A DNA stretch of 64,000 nt, from contig OZ365113.1 of assembly GCA_977030845.1 (NCBI GenBank), forward strand, positions 13,268,001 to 13,332,000, given 5' to 3'. The stretch comes from Fimbriosthenelais zetlandica. Taxonomy: Eukaryota. Made by a program: the position numbers and the translations under genes. This document shows, piece by piece, positions 1 to 14,100 of this stretch (positions within the stretch are counted from its first letter, which is position 1; each line of letters begins with the position of its first letter). The notes beneath the pieces are model-generated. The model saw nothing but the letters and a program-made list of their open reading frames with translations. It did not search any database and was not told where the DNA came from.

Positions 1-774
1 CAAGGTAGGCCTATAATACGATGAACTTTAGGCCTACAGGAGCCCATTACAAAACAAATATTAGCCATAGACTTAATTAGCATTGCTTATATTCCTTTTG
101 TAACAGGCTCCAGGTTTCCGGGAAGGGGAAGAGCCGCAGGGTGAGAGGGAGGCCCTGCATGGGATAACACCCAATGTCATGGATTAGCCTACCAAACATA
201 GGCCTACAATCCTTCCCATGATTCTCCATAGGTCCTTGATCCTAGTTTTTTTGAAATCACGAAATTTAACAAATGTATAGAACTTCTCATCCTCCTTGAG
301 GTGGTAGCCTACTTTATGCTCATTCACTTAATTTGGCTATGAGTGCCCCTGTGGGTTGCCTTTATTCCCTTCTTCATTTTTCAGAATGATGTCTCAAGGT
401 TAAAATTAGCCTACAACGGCTTGATTCAGTTACAACATGCAGAGATAAAGTATGATTAGATCATCTATTTTAACGTAACTAGGCCGGCTGAGTATTATGT
501 GATGCCGAGGCCCATCAATCCACAGTACTGACATGTGCTATCCTTGTAGGATCTTTTTCAAAGAGCCATTTCATCACAAGCATCAAAGTGTCCACCAGCC
601 CTTTATATGCACCACCGCGCCCCCTACAGCCAGAGTCATAACCTAGACCAGAGGCCATTTCATTATTTCCCATCCGCCCAGCTGCCCAAACAAACCATAA
701 ATACATATTCCCCATAATCGCTATCAGCTGATAAGACCAAGATTTAACTGGACGCTCTGTCCATTTGGCGGGAT

Positions 775-1102
775 CTAGCCGAGACCAGGGCAGTTTCCAT
801 AATGCCCTCCAGGGCTTGCCTGGTAATTGGGCCACCTGCATCCCCGGTGTTCATGTGGTGGACTGATGTATTGACCTATAGTCAGGCTAACAGCTGAGGA
901 GGGCAATGCAAGCCCACAAGTGATTCTTTGCCCTGAGAATCGAATTTATTAGCTTAGAACTTGACCTAAACTCTCTCTGACATTACATTACATTTGGACC
1001 CAAGAATAAATTGTACAGTTCTATTATAGGCATTTTCAATCATATCTGTACCAGATAAAGCAATGAAACGAGGTGGGCATTGCTGCCAGGGGGCTCCCGA
1101 GG
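775..1102 (-). CDS. Candidate last two exons (1102-1052, 875-775) of the same Pro-rich gene
   Basis: cacttatccccaag|...|gtacag (51 nt, phase 1 to 1, ASGAPWQQCPPRFIALS), then tgactatag|GQYISPPHEHRGCRWPNYQASPGGHYGNCPGLG-TAG. Phases are compatible with the 2919-2651 exon. An alternative terminal exon near 154 (GPPSHPAALPLPG...) is also possible. Confidence 0.35.
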
Positions 1103-2650
1103 CTTGGGGATAAGTGAAATGACCAAAGTCATTATCCTACTTATTCTTATAGCTGTAGCACTAGTATAATGCCCATAAGGGTAATATACAGAAAAGAGGA
1201 TCCCGTTTCATGTAGTGATCGATGGACTGGAGATGCTTTGGGAGATGCTGGTGAGCTCCAACCATTATAATTATGTGTTTCCGTGACAGTAACATGTTTT
1301 TAAAACCTGGGATCTTTTACACGACTTCTGGAAGTGGGTCATTTCTCAGCTCCAGAACTATTTTTTTGCACAATATGAGGCGTTCTGGTTATGATTTATT
1401 ATACTTGTTTTGGAATTCCATGTCATTTGTCTGAACAGCAAAAGCTGTTGTTCATGCATGGGCAGGTTCTTTATTCAGTCATAAATTCCTGCACAATACG
1501 AATAATTTCCCTTCAATATAATTAATCAATATTATTTATCAAACATTTCGTAAGAACCCCCAATAATGCAAAGCCAAATATATCAATATTAAAGTACATG
1601 ATTGTACATTTAACAGTAAAATCCGTCCATGCAGATATCGTGCCCCATTGATTTTAAGCAGGAAGGAAATAGCACTACATCATAGGGCGTTCATAACATG
1701 TTACAATTCACACAGTGATAGTGAGTGTACTGTTTGTATTAATATTTACATGGGCAACACCTGTCTCCTGATTCTCATCTCAGAGTCTGCATGGATATGT
1801 TCCTAATGATAAACCCTCTACATTTTCTGCGGTATAGAGATCATAATTCGGCCCACCAACACAGATAAATAAAAAGTGTTAAATGAAGCATGCCCCATGG
1901 ATTCCTATCAATCCAGACACGTCACCTTAATGATTCAGGTAATATTACAACCATGCTTCCAGAACCCGTTTAACACCCGATAATCCATATCATACCGACC
2001 TCTATAATAAGTCAACCCTCATAGTTCGCTGGTGCCCTCTCCTCAAAACCCCTACCCCCCAAACCATTCACCCAGCCCATCCTACATGGATGACCATCCA
2101 TCATTCCTACCAAAGGCAGAAATCGTTTCTATGATGCTCTTGGGGTCATAAACTGAGGGATTCCTGTATCCATTACACGATTACTGTATACTCATGCCTG
2201 AAGGAAATCTACCATACTTTGAATGAAATTCGTAAGTTGAGAACTAGCTTTAAGGATATTTTCTCTTAAAGAATCTGACCCTGGAACAACATCCGTGTAT
2301 AGTTTATGCTGGCGTGTGATAACATGTTAGGGCGATGGGCGTTGCAGCAGCTCTAAATCTGGCAATCTAATCAAGCCATGTATATTTATCGACTGGTCAG
2401 ATTACATGAGAACATAGTGAGTGGTCTCTCCTTTGACCCATAACACACACTGGTATTGATTCCCTTAATCTGACCTGCCTGCTCACTTCCCTCCCACTTT
2501 GTCCTATGCACAAATACAGATAATTTCTGGTTATCACTTATGACCAAGTATGATCATGTGCATGAGGATGAGTTGATAAGTCTGAAGTTCAAAGGGGTGA
2601 TTTTGGGGGTTTGGGGAATATTGTCATCAGATCGAGGTTCTTCCGCCTAC

Positions 2651-2919
2651 CTGGTTGCACTCCGGGCGGATAGGGCCCGATGTGTGGCGCTGGGGAGACA
2701 GGAGAAACCATGCCAGCTGGAGGTGCCCCCGGAACCACCACAGTGGCGCCTCCAAGCGGCAATCCTACAGGAGGTGCAGGAGCATGTTGTGGGGTCCGTG
2801 GATTGCTGATTGCCCCCGCTGCTTGTGGTGCACCCTGGTGGTTGTGAGGATAGGCATGATAAGGTGAAGATGTTGGTGCGGCATGGTAAGGAGTGGCTCC
2901 ATAACCACCTCCACTATCA
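2651..2919 (-). CDS. Internal coding exon (269 nt, phase 2 to phase 1) of an unidentified Pro/Gly/Ala/His-rich protein
   Basis: Acceptor cttcccctgacag| and donor |gtaggc bracket a GC-rich, stop-free frame: DSGGGYGATPYHAAPTSSPYHAYPHNHQGAPQAAGAISNPRTPQHAPAPPVGLPLGGATVVVPGAPPAGMVSPVSPAPHIGPYPPGVQP. It is not in the ORF track because the ATG is late in this frame. No family recognised. Confidence 0.7.
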
Positions 2920-5900
2920 CTGTCAGGGGAAGAATTACAGCAAATGACATTTTAGCACGTTTTAAGGTGTTCTCTTGACTGAAGCATGCAGAGCCAGAGG
3001 GTCCTATTTTAAATCTAACAATTCTTTGTTTCTTTTTGTAACAAAATTAACTTCAAAATTAACAAAGAGGACCCTAGAAAAGCACTGAACACTCTAATAT
3101 GTTATGAGATAACGAATTCAGTAAGAAACGAACCATTGAAATAGATAATTATTATTTATCGATGGTTGAACGGGGAAATCTTATATCAAAAAGTATTGGG
3201 TTTAGATACACATGATATGTTGGCCTAATCGATGAAAAGGAATATTGCTGATATGTATAAAGATCTATAAGGGTGGATGATGGGGACCATTGTGATAACA
3301 CACACTTTATACGAAACTCGGTACAGTTGATTGCTAATCTTCTGAAAAAATAATAAGCTATTATTTCAAACGTGCCTACTACTATTATAGATATTTTACG
3401 GTCTGATTATCACAGAGGATCCGGAGATCCAAAATCCATTAATTGTCAATAAATAAACCATGTCAACATAGAGAGAAGCGGGTAATGATATACAGGATGA
3501 TACAATCTAATTACTATTGTTTTATGGCTCATTGTTATACATACCTATCTCCAGCAATGATGGGTTTCCTATCGTCTGCCATGTTAATGGACCGAATCTG
3601 ATGACAATATCTTCTTTCCACCCTCGAGATTAGTAGGCAGGAAATCCCGGACTATGGACTCACCTTCTACTTGTAAATATCATCATTAGTTAAATCCTCT
3701 TTTAAAAAAAATGAAGGTCACTGGAGGAAACGTAAATTTAGGCCTATAGATGAGCAGAACCGTTCCTAGAAATTCAGTTTTCATCCAATGCAAAGATATT
3801 TTACACTGGATCTTTGCCACAAGACCAATACATGAATAGTGTACTGACTGAACAAAAGGTGACATTCAGTAATTCCCTCCCAGGCAATGAAGTTCGTGTC
3901 ATGTGCACAGTCACATCCGGAGGGGCGTGTGCGAGTGGAAGGGGCTTGACCTGAGGATTCTGGGATAAGTGATACAAGGTTAGATCACAATATTGAGTGG
4001 GATCCGACACCAGTCGTCCACCGCATACAGTCCACTTAGGTTGAACTTTGCTCAAAGTTATGCAGGACCATAATAGATAATATTCCATTTAACACGAGTC
4101 CACACAACATACTGAGCAACTGTATATAACGAGTCACAGGTGCAGTTATGTTGGCATCCAGTGCATATTTTCGTGCAGTCATGTCAGCTCTTTAAATAGA
4201 ATATTATACAATTTGTCGTATCTATAATACCTACATTGCAGCAAGCTTAGTACGAATCCATGCAGTGCACTGAAGTCCAAAAATAATTGTCCCAAATCCA
4301 GTGACCTTGCTTTTCAATAAGGATAGCTTAGAACAAAACTGACCCACAACTGATAAGTACGTAATCATCCAAAATTGTAAGTGGTAGTCTCCTATTGCAC
4401 CACCACTAAGATATTTGCCTGGTGCACATAGTATACCTAATATATAGGTCTATGACACAGATTCGAGTTGGTAAAGTGACAGACCGTGGTACTAAAAGTT
4501 TTCTCTGGGAAGTGAAGGATCCGGGATCCAGCAGTGCCCTTTTGCTACTGGACTCCTCTCATAGCGATGGTGAAATGCAGCCTGGAGGAGGGGTGTGGAG
4601 GAGGGGCTGGTAGTAGGGGGAGAGATCAAACTAGTCTGGAGCTATACGAGGCACTCTAAGCCACTGACTGGCTGGATATATCCCCAATTTCTCTCTCATT
4701 CACTCTTTTCTCTCTTTGTTTGGATCCTACCACAATCAAGCCCACTCCAATCAGTATACATTTCACTGCCAACTGTTGCCTTCCAATAAGGAAATAAGAA
4801 CATCATGCATATTCAAATATTTATAAACGTAAACGTTAACATTATTAACTTTTTGAGGAAAATGAGCAAGGCCTGGATCCAACATGGCTATTTAAAATAG
4901 GGCATAGGACAAAAAATACCCCTTTCGTAATTAAATTGGTATCCTGGTCGATAATCAAGCCGTAGCCTACATTATATATATATACTTCTCTCTTGTCTTG
5001 AGGCAGAAATCCCTATGTATATCTAGTTATCAATTTACTGATCAGAATATATAGATGCTATACACTCCTCAGTCTTGCAGTTGTGTCAGTTCTCATAATG
5101 AAAATATGAACCTGAAAACAATCCAATTAAAAAAATCGAAAATAAGTTCCCGACTGCAACTTCTTAAGGTGCCACTTTTGGAGGTATACGTGCAAGTCTA
5201 TGCAAGTTTCAAATTTTGCAAGACTGGAAAATATGTTTCTTTGTCAGTGTGGGTAAGCTCCAGCAATGATTATCTTGTCATCATGTTCATGTATGAGAAA
5301 CAATTGGAGAGGATAGGTTACACATGCCTACATTCCCTTGTTCAAATAGTCGGGACCCCACTCAGACACACATCTATAACTCAGCTCCTCAAAGGCATCA
5401 GTATCTCTGTTAGTCTGAGGTATCTGGTTCCACATCTTGTTCTCCATCTTTCATGGTGATCCATTGGACGGACTACATCTTTTTTTAAATCTGCCATAAA
5501 TAATCTTTATAAATAGACCCCTACGGTATGAATAGATGCTTGAAAATACCAATATAGAATGCCAGGATACAGCTATACAGTTTATTTTCAGTCATGTATA
5601 TCCTCCAACTACCCACTGAATTAATACAGCAGTTTGTCTATTTCAGGGTCAAGACATGTATACATACACCGTCATATGGAATCAGTGTATATCTACAGCT
5701 AGCCGGGTCATTTACATGGTCTACATAGAATATAGAATATAGATCTCCCACGTTCTGGACACTGTACCAACCATCTCACGCCACAGGACCTATATAGCCT
5801 CAGTCCTGTAAGAAGATAAATTTGATGGCTTGACTCATGGTCCATCATTTTTCAGCCAGCATATCAGACCTGGGACATGGGGAAGTAATTGTTAGAAATG

Positions 5901-8116
5901 TAAATGTATATTGCATACAGGCAAATGGCCGGTGATAAAACTCTGATATGGAGTCACCCATATATGACATGGAACAGTGTTCCCTAAATTAATTCTGGGC
6001 ATAGGAAATTTGGTGGATAAAAACCAGGAGACCTAGAGGAAGAACTGATGTATTAGCTATGTTCGCACCTGCATGGTATGGCCTGTAGGAAGTATGCCTA
6101 TCAATAAGATAGGCGTAATTTAGTCCTGCAAATTCCTAGTTTCAAAAAAATATATTATATCACTGACAAAGACCAGAACGTCTAATTTTTCGTGAGGGCT
6201 TTCTTGGATGATTTGAAAAGCCATTGTTTGATAATTTGGACATGGACAGCCTTCCTTGTGTTGTAATAGCCCACTGCTGGGACAGCCCCATATTTATATG
6301 AGGCAGACCCACTGTAGCAATCGCACCCAGGGAACTATAACATTCGATGGACTCGCCCCCGGCATTTTACACCCAAACTTCAAGCTGTGATTTTAAAATC
6401 TGTTCTGGGATTCACTGACAATAGCATATGGTGCATTAACCTCGTTTGGCTCTATTCCTGAAGTGTGTTTCTATGTTGATAAGTCATTATAACTGCTGCA
6501 GTCTCGAGCTTCCAATGCTAGTCTACAGGATTCTCACTCCCAATGGTGTCATTTCAAATTGTCCCATTTCAACAAGGATTTGAGATACAGATGTTATAGA
6601 TCAGAAAATGGGCTAATGCATTATTCATTAGATGCAATCATGCTAGGGGAGTTATTGTATCTTATATTCAAATCTTAAACTGTTTTCTCTTGGCAGGCGA
6701 TTTCAGTGTCAATTCTATATTATAAGCTTTGGCTGACATTTTTGGACAGTAGAATGGAAATTGTTTGAATTTCAAGACAGCATAGGAATATGGTTTGGTC
6801 GATGGAACATTATTGTGATATTAAAAAAATATCCGAAATAAAAAAAACCAGCAGGCTTGACTGCTACTTTATAGATATGCCTGCTACAAAGGACCAGCCC
6901 GTTTTGCCGATACTATACTCACAAATTTCCGCCAGCTCCGATATAGCTCTGTTCTGTACATAGAAACGCCACAATATATTATGCCACTCCTCTTGGCCCT
7001 AAGTATAGGCTAGAGAACCAGACATTCTGAGGAAAATCAAATGGTATAAAGATCAGAACCGTGTTCTACTCACATCCATCCACTTTAGTCCAAACCTATC
7101 CCGGAGATTTTCTAAATTGAAATGACATTCTCATTGCCAAATGTATAGCCCTTGTAATAAGTGGGTTTAATAGGCCTTTTACAAATATTTAAAGGGGCCA
7201 TGTCTTTCATCTCGACATTACATCCGTTCCGTTTTCCATTCTTCATCCATATCTAGCGCAAATCTAATTTCAAATCATTATAGACGCTCCACGAAATGAT
7301 GTGTATTTTGGAAGGACTTAATTGCGAGGGCCATGTGATAAAATAACTTCAATTCCTATAACTTCTTTTATAACAAAACTGCTTTAAAACAGAAGTTTAA
7401 AAGCCATTTTTTTGTATCCCAACTTTTCTGGCTTTGGGTACAAGAATGATGGTGTAGCCCAGCTGGTCCTTGGCAGTTCAATGTTTTAATAATGTTCAAA
7501 GATGCCTTTAATTGTCATGCGTTTCCTGGCTAGTATAAGGTCCTTTGGTATTCTGTCAAATAGATGTCCATGACTGCCTACTGGTCTCTGACCACTAAAG
7601 TTGCTAGTATTTCCCATGGGTTGAATTCAGCCCGTTTTGCATGCTTGGTATCTGGGAGAATTTATCCATATGTGGCCAGCAGTTTCGTACTCATTTTCGA
7701 TGCAATGAGTAGCAGAATAACCAGTAAATCTGTGATGAACACAATAAAACCTTTTATCTTGTACAGTAATCTATAACATTGACTTTGTTAGGATGATATA
7801 ATCAAGGGCTCCTACGGCTCGTGTTTTCATTAGGGCCTACATACCGGTGGACTGTCAATTCAATGTTGTGATAAATCTTGGTATCTTAAAGCAGTGTAGG
7901 CCTAGTGATGGTCTGGGGTGCAAATAACATGACATGGATGAGAAGTGTTTGTTCCCATCAACCTAAAACACTCACTATATACAATATACATTGTGGCATC
8001 GTGGCATCAGAGAGAACTCTGTAATATCCCTGATCTATGAGTTCAGACAGTGTTCAGTGTTTTAGGTAGTGCACGGCTTCAGGCTAAAAGACGGCTTGAA
8101 ATGCAACTTCCTGTGA

Positions 8117-8131
8117 GTGACGTCACTTCCG
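8117..8131 (-). promoter_or_regulatory. Overlapping ETS-CRE composite motif (CGGAAGTGACGTCAC on minus strand)
   Basis: The plus strand reads GTGACGTCACTTCCG, with a second ETS core (ACTTCCTG) at 8106-8113. This composite is a known proximal-promoter motif. Confidence 0.45.
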
Positions 8132-11100
8132 TATTGTTACTTTGGGTACTGACCCATAACTTATATGTTATGGTCATGGGCTGGAGCCTGTATTGTTTCC
8201 AACCATATAAACCCAGACTGATTGCATTCAGCCTGGTCTCATACTTTATCATCCTGTTTTTTTTATCAGTTTACACATGGCTCTGTATGGACAATTATGT
8301 AAGATTGATCTGATGTTCAGGATAGTTTGATCAATGCGGTAAAAAATCATTCGTTCAACTTTCAAGAAATCTTGGAGGAATAAACTTTCAGAAGATCAAT
8401 TCTATAAACACTCAAACTGAACCACAAACAATAGTATCAGTAAATGAAGGAAGGAAATTATTGATCGATGAGGTTAATCGATTGATGAGCTTATGGTAAT
8501 GAATGGACTTAAGGTACATATTAGTGTTCCTTGTTCCAGGTTCGGGCCGGAGATTTTACTGCCTAGGTCTGATGAGGCTGGTTGTAAGCTACCACAGTGG
8601 CCATTTTACAGGCATGAGAATCTCCTGTAATCATATTGACTAACGTGATAGGCATGAATAAAGTGTCACCAGTTTGGTTCCATACAACAGAATCCTTACC
8701 TTATTATGCAGCATTGGTATATTATCGAGGAATGCTATAGTCAATGTGTACTGGTTCGGTTCAAATAGGAAAGAACAATAAAAATACAAAGGGCATTATT
8801 GCTACTGGCATTAAACTTGTGCTTACAACAGAATGCCTATGGCAGTCATGCATAAAAGAGCACTAATACCTATGAGCCAAATATTTAGAGGCATTACTGA
8901 TATTTATTCCACTATACCGGTATGCCTAATGGTACGCTGGAAAAGGCAACTAGCAATGACTTCACGCCAGCACAATCCACCAAGCAGTCATGCAGGCCCC
9001 ATATATTCATGGGCCACAGCAACGAAAGATGCAATATAGGGTGTCACATTTATCATCTAAGATTACTCTCGAATTCTTTTGCACACTTGTATATTTGATA
9101 ACTTAATTTATCTCATCTCATCTCAAATATTGGAAAGCTTTCATATACTTGTTATAGACCAGACACCAGCGTACGCAGTGTTATTCGTTGACAAATATTC
9201 TCCAGCATCGCCATAAGTGTGATGCCCCATTCCACACCAAAGGATTGCCAACATATCACACGATTGCAAACATATCAAAAAATAAGCGATCAAAAGAGGT
9301 ATCTCTCTGTAGATTATCTTATTTCTGTATAAAAGGGATATTGTCCAGAACTATGCATAGGTATATTGCTATAGAATATAAAATAGATGTTTCAAGAGAA
9401 TTAACCAGAAGTCCCTGCACACCACATCTCATTCAAAACCATATCAGAATTTATATCCAAATTGCTAGTGGAAAAGCAGCATGCATTCTGTTAGTTATCA
9501 AAACTAATTATTTTTTCATTTCTGTCCTCATATCTAGTGAGTACATTTATAACGCTGTAATCCTTCATTATTTGAAAACCCCATAAATTAATGTCTATTA
9601 TGGATATTATGGGTGGTATTCAGTTGATTTGATCACAGAAGTGTCTTATTGAAAGAGGCCAAAGGAGGGTCGTTATGATTTACATATACATAGAATCTTG
9701 GTCATTTCATTAGCAAAATGACTAGCACCCGCCCTAGCTCGCGGCCTATAATTTCCGAATTATTGATATTATCATTATTGCACCTTGCACCATTCAGTTT
9801 TGCAAGGGCCAGGAGGAACTAGATCCCCCAATTGTACAATTTCCAACGTTGATTCAAGAGCCTATGATGTACTCATGGCATCCCGGGAAGAATATAAATC
9901 ACACGGAGAGAGGATAAATATTATGATCAATTCATAAGTGAATGTTGTTATTCCTCCGAGGTTAGACCTTCCTATATCCAGAAAGACTGTCAGGGGGCTG
10001 CTTCTTATGGGTAAGGAGGGGTGGGGGTATATCAACATCTATATTCTGATAGCTTATCTTTCAGACGCATGTCTCTAAAGAGATGGAATTATACTGATGT
10101 CATCCTAGTGTTCAGAATACCAGCCTCCATTTACTACTCCCGCCTTCTTCCTCCCTGGTCTCTCTTCAATCTATGGATTTTCACTGAGCATGAGATACAG
10201 TGATTATATTGGTCTATAAATCAAAACAAGCCAGATAGACTATCCACCCTACAATCCACTAGATGCCCCACAACCCGACGGGAAACAACCCTTATAAACT
10301 GGGTTGTATGAAAGAAGATCATGACACAGTTTTAATTTTCAATGAATGCATGTACATGTTTATCATTGGATAACCTGAGTGGCACAAGAAAAAAGTTATA
10401 TCCTAAGATATAATAAATATCTCGATAGTTTGATGGATGTCATTCAGAAGGATCGGATCTAAAAAGCAAGTAACTTCTCATATGGATTAATTCTATAATC
10501 ACCATCACAAAGGCAATGGATTATTATTTTTTCCTGCCTCGGATATGATCTGATACTGCAAGCATTTAATATCAAAAGTCTCGTCATATCTTTTTTTGCG
10601 GCTCAGCCCTTCTCCCGCGGGCCTTTTATCCCATCAATTGATAATTATATTGGATATCATTATACCAACCAATGCTTTCCATCTACAAGTGTCATATTCG
10701 CACATACCATGAGGCATACATCTACTGTCTCCCTTTCAAAACAGTGTTAATATGGGCCTATACTACCACCTCTATTGTTCAGTATACAGGGCAGTGACTG
10801 ATGGTTAGTCTGCCAATGAGTATTATGACCGTGTCATTCTGGCACAGAAACGCTGGCCAAACAAATATCTGAACTCCACTAGGAGGCATTTGGATGTTAC
10901 ACCCTAGATAAGATTAGAACTAAATAAACGTTAATGATAGATCCCGTGGGTAAGCACAAGGATTCATTCATCTAATCTCATGGAGATTATGTTGGTAGTC
11001 AGTCACATTATTATGGTCTTGGGAAAATAAAAGCACCATCGAGCAGTAGTCTATCCACCTGGCGGACATTCATCTTTGTGCTTTATATTATGTTGAGGTA

Positions 11101-14100
11101 CTACATATACAGATGTAGCATTTCGAAAAGTAGCTAATCAAAAGTTAGTTTCAAAATCAGAATAAGTTGGAAACAGGCTTGTTCTAAAGAACCGCGGATA
11201 TCTGCATGGAAATCCCAATGCAAATGACATATTTTTATGACAAAACAACAACTAATTCAGCTTCCATTATTGATATCCTCCACGGACGTTACCAATTAAG
11301 TCATTTTGTTGTCTACCACTTAGAAGCTGCTACATCTTTCGGTCCTCATTAGAGTCTCGGCATTAGCTCTGCTACAGTAGCACCTTTGTATGATCATTGT
11401 CTCCATGGATCTCCATAGAGATTGCCTACCATGGCCGGAAGTCCCTGTCACTTTCGGTTATGACTGATTTACAGATCAAAGCCTTTGTCTCTTTCCTTTA
11501 TTTACCAATGTCAGAGCTTTCCGATGGTCATAGAACTTTCTTCAGTCTCTGATCTGTTCATGTCCAGAAAAACTGTCATTTCTCACTGTCTTTTAATCAT
11601 TCAGGGTCCTAGCCTACACGGTTTGACTTTGAGCAATGGGTGTCAAACAAAAACTTACTTATTGTCAAGAAAGCGTCGAGAGAACATTTTTAAATACAGT
11701 TGTGTCAAAGACCTGAGAAGTTCTCAGCAAGTGTGACTGGGTCCATGTACGTTATTTCCTTTATAAGGAGGTGTCATTTGTATCAATTCCGTTGGCTGAC
11801 AATCAATATACCTAAGCCAAGATTCTTCTGCCTGGAATTTGTTAGGCCTACACTATAGCAGGACCATCAACATCACGTACCTATATATAAGTGTGAAGAC
11901 TATAGGTTATTTCTAAGAGGATCAGCTTTAATTCCATTAATGCACAAACATTATCAACTTTTACAGTGATTGATATCTTTCAAAAAAGATATATCATCAT
12001 GGAATTCTACGCTGAATTTGTAGCCAATGTTCTTCGCAAACTTTTCCCAGCTTCAACATTCTGATGTTGACAACCCCCTTCGATTCATTCAGAGATAGCT
12101 GTCGACAAATCAGAAGCCTTCAAAAGGAAATGAACAATTTAGGCGTGAAGTCAAAAATGGTGTTGAACCTCACATTCGCTTCAGTAATCACTGAGAAATC
12201 CATTGCTTGTTATGCCTGGATAGTGTTTCAATGGAAAGTCCACAGTTCCAGTGGAAATTCTGTTAGTGAAACAGAGATTGCCCAAATTGGTAACGATTTT
12301 CTCCGCAAATCAAGCAGGAGAAATGTGGGATACGGCCCCTGATTGGCTTGAAGGAGAACACGTGACCAAAGAACCAACATCTTGGTCATTTTCTGGTATA
12401 CACTATGATGAGATGAAATATATAATAAATGTATTATGGATTAAAGAAATTGATACAATGTATAATCCAAGTCTACTTTGTACATAGTATAGTTGTATAT
12501 AAAAGTGTATTATCACAAAGGATCTACTGTATCTAGGCCCGCAACCTTTTGTATCTACACGCTGATCTTCTCAACCCTCCTGGATATAACTCTTGTGCGG
12601 ATACAATCACTCGGTTTAAAACTTTAGAATAACTAATACTTATCCTGGATTGATACGCTTGATTGTAAGAATATGTTCCTTTCCCTGGGCAATGGATGAT
12701 ATTGTATCCATAGACAGTCAAAAGTCAAATAAAAGAAGAACAGTAATCAACAGGAAAAGAAACAAAGGGTGCACACTTGGTATTTTATCTGACCATGCAG
12801 GGCTAGATGTATAGGCAATCTATGTATGGCTGAGAGTAGTGCAGCTCGGGTGATATTGGAGAAGAAATAGATAAAATAAGACTGGCATCGATAGCATCAC
12901 ATGCAGGCATCAATAAACCGCAATCAATGGGATATGACAACTGCTGCTTCCCTATGCCTTCAGATCAGCGGAGAGAAATACTCAGCAGTTGTGGGGACTC
13001 CACTGGGTTAACAGTGATTGTACAGTGATTAATGTCAAAGGTTATCAGCGGAGTAAATGAATAAAGATCTCATCAATATTGGTATTGATATTCATTCGCA
13101 GGTAACTGAATAATGCTGCAATGGGGTTTCCCTTAGTTAGGGCAAAGGTTTTTTTTAACCTGTAGGATTTAAAAGTTTCTGGATTAATTTTTTTCAGCCT
13201 CTATGAATACGCAAGTTTCCAAAATTTGAGGCTTATAATGGGAACTGGCGTGACAAATCAACAGTGATCAACCAAATTATCTCATTAGATATACTTCCAC
13301 AAATCCTACATTAAAGCTAATCTAACTGCCAACAATTTCATTATTTATTAGAAGGCGCGAGTATTCAGCGGCCAGCTTGTTTTCAGTAATGCACTTCGAT
13401 GATGATTACGTCGAAAAGAATCAATATCAGCAAAGCTACCAAAAACAGGTGCCCAGGAAAGCCATACATAACTAGGATAACAACTGACTAATGCAAACAT
13501 GGACTACAGGTTGTGTATGGCAAACAGAACAGGAATGTAACCGGGATAGGAACTGTGTGAATTAATGGTATCTGCGATCTACCATCCAATAAAGAATATA
13601 GGATGAACTGTATCTAATACAAACAAACTCGATTACCGACACAGGATCAAGGAAGTAGGGTCAGAGTTGATTATGCAGAGAATGGTTCAATATCTAAACT
13701 CGTTTTTCTATGGCAAATGAACTCAAAAATTGTATGTTGATTAAGCCTAATATTTAGAACAGGAGGGATTATAATGCCATGAATGCAGAAATGTATTTCA
13801 AGCATTACATAGTTTCATCAGATTGTATGGCAAAACGTGGAAATCCAATTAGATTTTCATTCAATTCTATCAATAGTTGATTTCAATATAAGTTGAGTGA
13901 GGGCTCTTGCTGCCTTGATTTCCATTTAAAGCAGAATCGCTGTCTCCTCGTTGCACTGGGCTGCAAAGAATCTACCATTCAACGAAGCTTAGACTACTAC
14001 CACACAGATTAGAGTAGTTCCAGACCGGAAGTACAATAACCAAGCTCTTTTTGGCCTCATCCAAGTGGGTAATAGGTGGCGGTCTATGTCACCAAGCTAA

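Noticed and set aside
7000-7740. Protein-like minus-strand frame with scattered stops (possible decayed transposon or viral ORF)
   Set aside because: Stop density is not clearly below the AT-rich random expectation and no family motif was recognised.
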